Shown: positions 61,315 through 64,000 of the stretch, in pieces
Layout: every line of letters starts with the position of its first letter
How positions within the stretch are numbered: position 1 is the first letter of the stretch
Sequence record: NC_028847.1
Length of the DNA stretch: 64,000 nt
Origin: Escherichia phage QL01
Reading direction: 5' to 3' (one strand)
Notes under the pieces: model-generated
Told to the model about the DNA's origin: nothing
Databases searched by the model: none
The model's input: the letters and a program-made list of their open reading frames with translations, nothing else
Made by a program: the position numbers and the translations under genes

Positions 61315-64000
61315 ATGGCTACTTTAAAGCAAATCCAATTTAAAAGAAGTAAAGTAGCCGGTGTACGTCCGGCACCGGCCCAGTTGGCTGAAGGCGAACT
61401 GGCTATTAACTTAAAGGACCGTTTACTTTTTACTAAAGACGATACTGGAGCGATTATCGACCTTGGCTTTGCTAAAGGCGGTAATATCGACGGAAACGTT
61501 ATTCATAACGGTAACTACACTCAAACCGGTAATTATAATCTGTCTGGTACTTTTACCCAAACAGGTAGTTATACGACATCCGGAAGTATAACAGCAAATG
61601 GTGATATTACTGCAAAATCTCGCCTAATGACGGATATGGGCGAAGTTTTGGTACGTGGCAATGGTACCGCACATGTTCGATTCCAGGATTTAGCTGATGC
61701 GCGCGAAAGAGCTATAATTTATTCTCAAAACCGTACTGGGGATACCAAGCAAATCTTGAACGTTCGTGTTCAGGATTACACTAATTCGACATCTAATATT
61801 TTTGCATTCAACGGCGACGGTTTATTTTATGCTCCGTCTATTTCCGCCGGAACATCAGTAAAATCTCCGGTAATTTATACTAATACTGTTAATACAGACA
61901 GTAAGAATATTGGCGATTATGATATATCTTCATTAGCAAATAATAATTCTGCCACGGATAAAAACTATTTGCGCGTTGTACGTACCGACCCAGCGTCTGC
62001 AATACTTCATGAAATTTGTGAAAATAACGGTATCAGTTGGTATTCTGGTTCAACCCCTACTGATTATATGTTGTCTTTTGCTTATTCCGGTGGTTTTCAA
62101 GCAGGTCATTCGATTGCAGTAGGTATGGAATCAGGGCCTTTGACATATTCAACCTTAGGTAAAGGTTCTATTGTTCTTGGTGATAATGATACCGGGTTTA
62201 AATGGAAACAAGACGGCCTGTTCTATACAATTAATAATGGAGCTTATACTTTACTTACAACTCCAACTGAAGTTACAAGCCTTAAACAGTTAGTTGCGGG
62301 TTATTCAACCAACGGTTCTGATTTAATTCTTCCTACAACTCAAAACTATCCATTAGTTATTGTTAATACTACTAATGATAAAAACAGCTTCGGCGACGGT
62401 CAAACTCTTTTAGGTTATCACCAGAGCGGCAAATATCACCATTATTTTCGTGGCAAAGGTGTAACAAACGTTAACACCGCCGGCGGGTTGTTGGTTACTC
62501 CTGGTAACGTTGAAGTCCGGGGCGGTTCGGTTAATATTGATGGTCTCAGTAATGCTTCTACAGTGCTTTTTAAAGGAAATACTACAGGATATAGTTCAGT
62601 CGATAATATAGAGCTCAAAGTTTGGGGTGACACTTTTAATACGGTAGGTGGTTCTCGTAAAAACGTAATGGAAACATCTGATGCTACTGGCTGGATGCAT
62701 TATATTCAACGAACTACAGAAGGTAAAGTCGAATCCTATTTAAATGGTACCATGAATGTAATTGAAGGATTGACTGTCAATCAAGATACATCCTTAAAAC
62801 GTAATCTGTATGTTTCCAATGAAATTAAAGTTCGCGCTGCTAGTGGTCTTCGTATTTGGAACGATAAGTATGGTGTTATTTTTCGAAATTCGGAAGACCA
62901 ACTGCATATTATTCCGACCAATGCCAATGCCGGCGAAAGTGGTGGATTGGGCCCATTACGACCGTTAAGTATTACATTAGACACCGGCATAGTTAAAATT
63001 CCTAACTTAGCAGCCAACCAGGTTTCTTTTAGTAGCACAGGTGTATTGGAATTCATCGCCGGTAACGGTTCATCTTATGCTAACCAGAACACAACTAAAG
63101 CTCCATTGTATCAAACGCTTGGTTCTGCGACTCAAGCATTCTATCCTATTACTAAGCAGAAAAATACAGTTTCTAACGTAACTGTTACTCAAGGTATGGA
63201 CCGAGCTACGAGCGAATACCGAATTGTTGCTCAAGGTGATTTGCTTGGTGATGGTGATGCTACAGGATTGCAATACTGGCGATTTACCAAAGAAGGTAAC
63301 TTTATAACTCGGAACCGCTTATATGCCGGTACAGCTTTCATGAATACCGATGGTAATATTGCAGGTTCTATTTGGAACAAGTATAGCGGTGCTACTAACC
63401 TTGATGCTGCAGTGAATACTCGTGTTGGTAAAGGCGGCGATACAATGACTGGCAAATTAATCGTTAAAAGAGGCTCTGACGCTATTAACATTGCTGCCGA
63501 TGAAAATGATTCTGCTTATTTACTTGGAACATCGGGTGGAGCGAATTCGTGGTACATCGGTAAAGGCGGAGCAGATGACACTGCTTCATTTTATAATTTC
63601 AAAACTACCGCAGGAATTACTCTTAATAGTGTAGGCGATATTGATTTTAATGTTAAAAAACAATCTACTGCAGCTTCATTAAATTTTTATCGTTTATATT
63701 TAAACGGAAGACAGTGGACAGCTACTCAAGGCCACGGATATAATAATCAATGGCAAACAGAAGCCCCATTCTTCGTTGACTTTGGTGAATCTGTTCCGAA
63801 AGATAGTTATATGCCAATTATCAAAGGAAAAAGCCAAATCATTAACGAAGGATATGCCACAAAGGCAGATTTTGGTATTATTAGATTGGGCGGAGATGCT
63901 ACTTGGGGAAATGCAGTAATTCGTGTTGGTTCTGCGGAAAGTGGAGATAGCAGTCATCCTAATGCAATATTTGTGTTTCAGGCTAATGGCGATTTTAAAG
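61315..64000 (+). CDS. 37: long tail fibre distal subunit gp37 (3' partial, runs off window)
   Basis: Frame open from ATG 61315 to window end (read manually; not in ORF track because no stop); N-terminal ~50 aa (MATLKQIQFKRSK.AG.RPA...LAEGELAINLKDR..FTKDD.G.IIDLGFAKGG) match T4 gp37, rest divergent. Confidence 0.88.
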   Translation, partial: MATLKQIQFKRSKVAGVRPAPAQLAEGELAINLKDRLLFTKDDTGAIIDLGFAKGGNIDGNVIHNGNYTQTGNYNLSGTFTQTGSYTTSGSITANGDITAKSRLMTDMGEVLVRGNGTAHVRFQDLADARERAIIYSQNRTGDTKQILNVRVQDYTNSTSNIFAFNGDGLFYAPSISAGTSVKSPVIYTNTVNTDSKNIGDYDISSLANNNSATDKNYLRVVRTDPASAILHEICENNGISWYSGSTPTDYMLSFAYSGGFQAGHSIAVGMESGPLTYSTLGKGSIVLGDNDTGFKWKQDGLFYTINNGAYTLLTTPTEVTSLKQLVAGYSTNGSDLILPTTQNYPLVIVNTTNDKNSFGDGQTLLGYHQSGKYHHYFRGKGVTNVNTAGGLLVTPGNVEVRGGSVNIDGLSNASTVLFKGNTTGYSSVDNIELKVWGDTFNTVGGSRKNVMETSDATGWMHYIQRTTEGKVESYLNGTMNVIEGLTVNQDTSLKRNLYVSNEIKVRAASGLRIWNDKYGVIFRNSEDQLHIIPTNANAGESGGLGPLRPLSITLDTGIVKIPNLAANQVSFSSTGVLEFIAGNGSSYANQNTTKAPLYQTLGSATQAFYPITKQKNTVSNVTVTQGMDRATSEYRIVAQGDLLGDGDATGLQYWRFTKEGNFITRNRLYAGTAFMNTDGNIAGSIWNKYSGATNLDAAVNTRVGKGGDTMTGKLIVKRGSDAINIAADENDSAYLLGTSGGANSWYIGKGGADDTASFYNFKTTAGITLNSVGDIDFNVKKQSTAASLNFYRLYLNGRQWTATQGHGYNNQWQTEAPFFVDFGESVPKDSYMPIIKGKSQIINEGYATKADFGIIRLGGDATWGNAVIRVGSAESGDSSHPNAIFVFQANGDFK

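Overview
This window reads as a contiguous segment of a T4-like (Tevenvirinae) myovirus genome, collinear with T4 from gene 18 (tail sheath, 5' partial) to gene 37 (long tail fibre, 3' partial). Plus-strand late genes: 18, 19, 20, 67, 68, 21, 22, 23, 24, uvsW, 51, 27, 28, 29, 48, 54, 34-37. Minus-strand genes: rnlB, hoc, inh, uvsY, 25, 26, alt, 30, the 30.x cluster, rIII, 31, cd, pseT, spanins, rnlA, denA, nrdB, nrdA, td, frd, 32, 59, 33, dsbA, rnh. Identifications rest on reading the supplied translations against T4 proteins recalled from memory, plus gene order; no database search was run. Late (TATAAATA) and early (GTTTAC-N17/18-TAyTAT) promoter motifs and tetraloop hairpin terminators sit where expected. 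Main departures from the T4 layout as I remember it: (1) three tandem Alt-like ADP-ribosyltransferase genes with divergent central regions; (2) a tandem divergent paralog of vertex protein gene 24; (3) an HNH and a GIY-YIG homing-endonuclease-like gene between genes 18/19 and 19/20; (4) an early-promoter antisense small ORF between genes 23 and 24; (5) continuous (intronless) td and nrdB; (6) an unlisted 35-codon membrane-peptide ORF coupled to the o-spanin and a ~260 bp non-coding stretch downstream of rIII. The ORF track uses ATG, GTG and TTG starts, so several listed starts were moved to internal ATGs with Shine-Dalgarno support. CDS coordinates are anchored to the ORF track; promoter and hairpin coordinates were counted by hand and may be off by 1-3 bp.
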